DNA of 53,865 nucleotides, counting the filler, from Sluysia triapertura (Eukaryota), in NCBI GenBank assembly GCA_046118255.1. It is 4 parts of 4 records of this genome, joined end to end, with 100 filler letters (N's around TTAATTAATTAA, not from the genome) between each part and the next. Parts side by side here need not be neighbours in the genome. Positions count along the whole stretch, not along the records: positions 38,864 to 53,865 come from JBJNIA010242103.1; 3 more parts are not named here. The stretch is one strand, 5' to 3'. Shown here piece by piece: positions 53,651-53,865 of this stretch (its first letter is position 1; the number at the start of each line of letters is the position of its first letter). The position numbers and the translations under genes were made by a program. The notes beneath the pieces were generated by a model that saw nothing but the letters and a program-made list of their open reading frames with translations, searched no databases and was not told the origin of the DNA.

Positions 53651-53865
53651 AGGAATTTGATGTTTTAATCTTTAATTTTAATTTCACTTATTCTCAATTC
53701 TAGATTGTTATTTTTTGTTTTTTTCCTGCGTTAGTTTTATTATGAAATTTTCTTAATAGAGAATTTATTATATTTTAAGTAAAAATCGTAACGACACTTT
53801 ATAAAATATTAATTCGAATTATAACCTTTATTTTATCTAATATCAAAAGAATAAACGTTTACAAA

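Overview
AT-rich eukaryotic (animal-type) scaffold window with four assembly gaps; three are 100-bp fillers with a TTAATTAATTAA linker. There are no prokaryotic operon or CRISPR features. Host genes, with exons reconstructed by hand: (1) a complete 4-exon membrane-anchored lysosomal-type histidine acid phosphatase (4322-6108, introns of 35, 38 and 406 nt); (2) an isolated exon encoding the C-terminal helix of a NOS1AP/CAPON-like PTB domain (23166-23325); (3) a CHD1/2-type chromatin remodeller with a 3.6-kb exon plus two small exons completing the C-terminal CHCT domain (27842-36445; 5' exons not found); (4) an intronless, disabled CDP-diacylglycerol synthase copy (~40860-41700). Most of the rest is decayed transposon DNA: a tRNA-containing dispersed repeat (6 copies), an LTR-like family with multimeric heat-shock elements (5 copies), a second LTR family with PBS and a CCHC gag, DD41D/maT, Tc1, pogo and hAT remnants, and non-LTR RT remnants. 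The 35-38 nt introns and low GC suggest a compact-genome invertebrate such as an orthonectid (inference only). I could not demonstrate a clearly new multi-gene system. The best leads are the tRNA repeat with inverted architecture, the HSE-bearing LTRs, a frame-compatible PTB-CHD1 junction and a perfect intronic hairpin. All similarity statements are by-eye recognition, not database searches.
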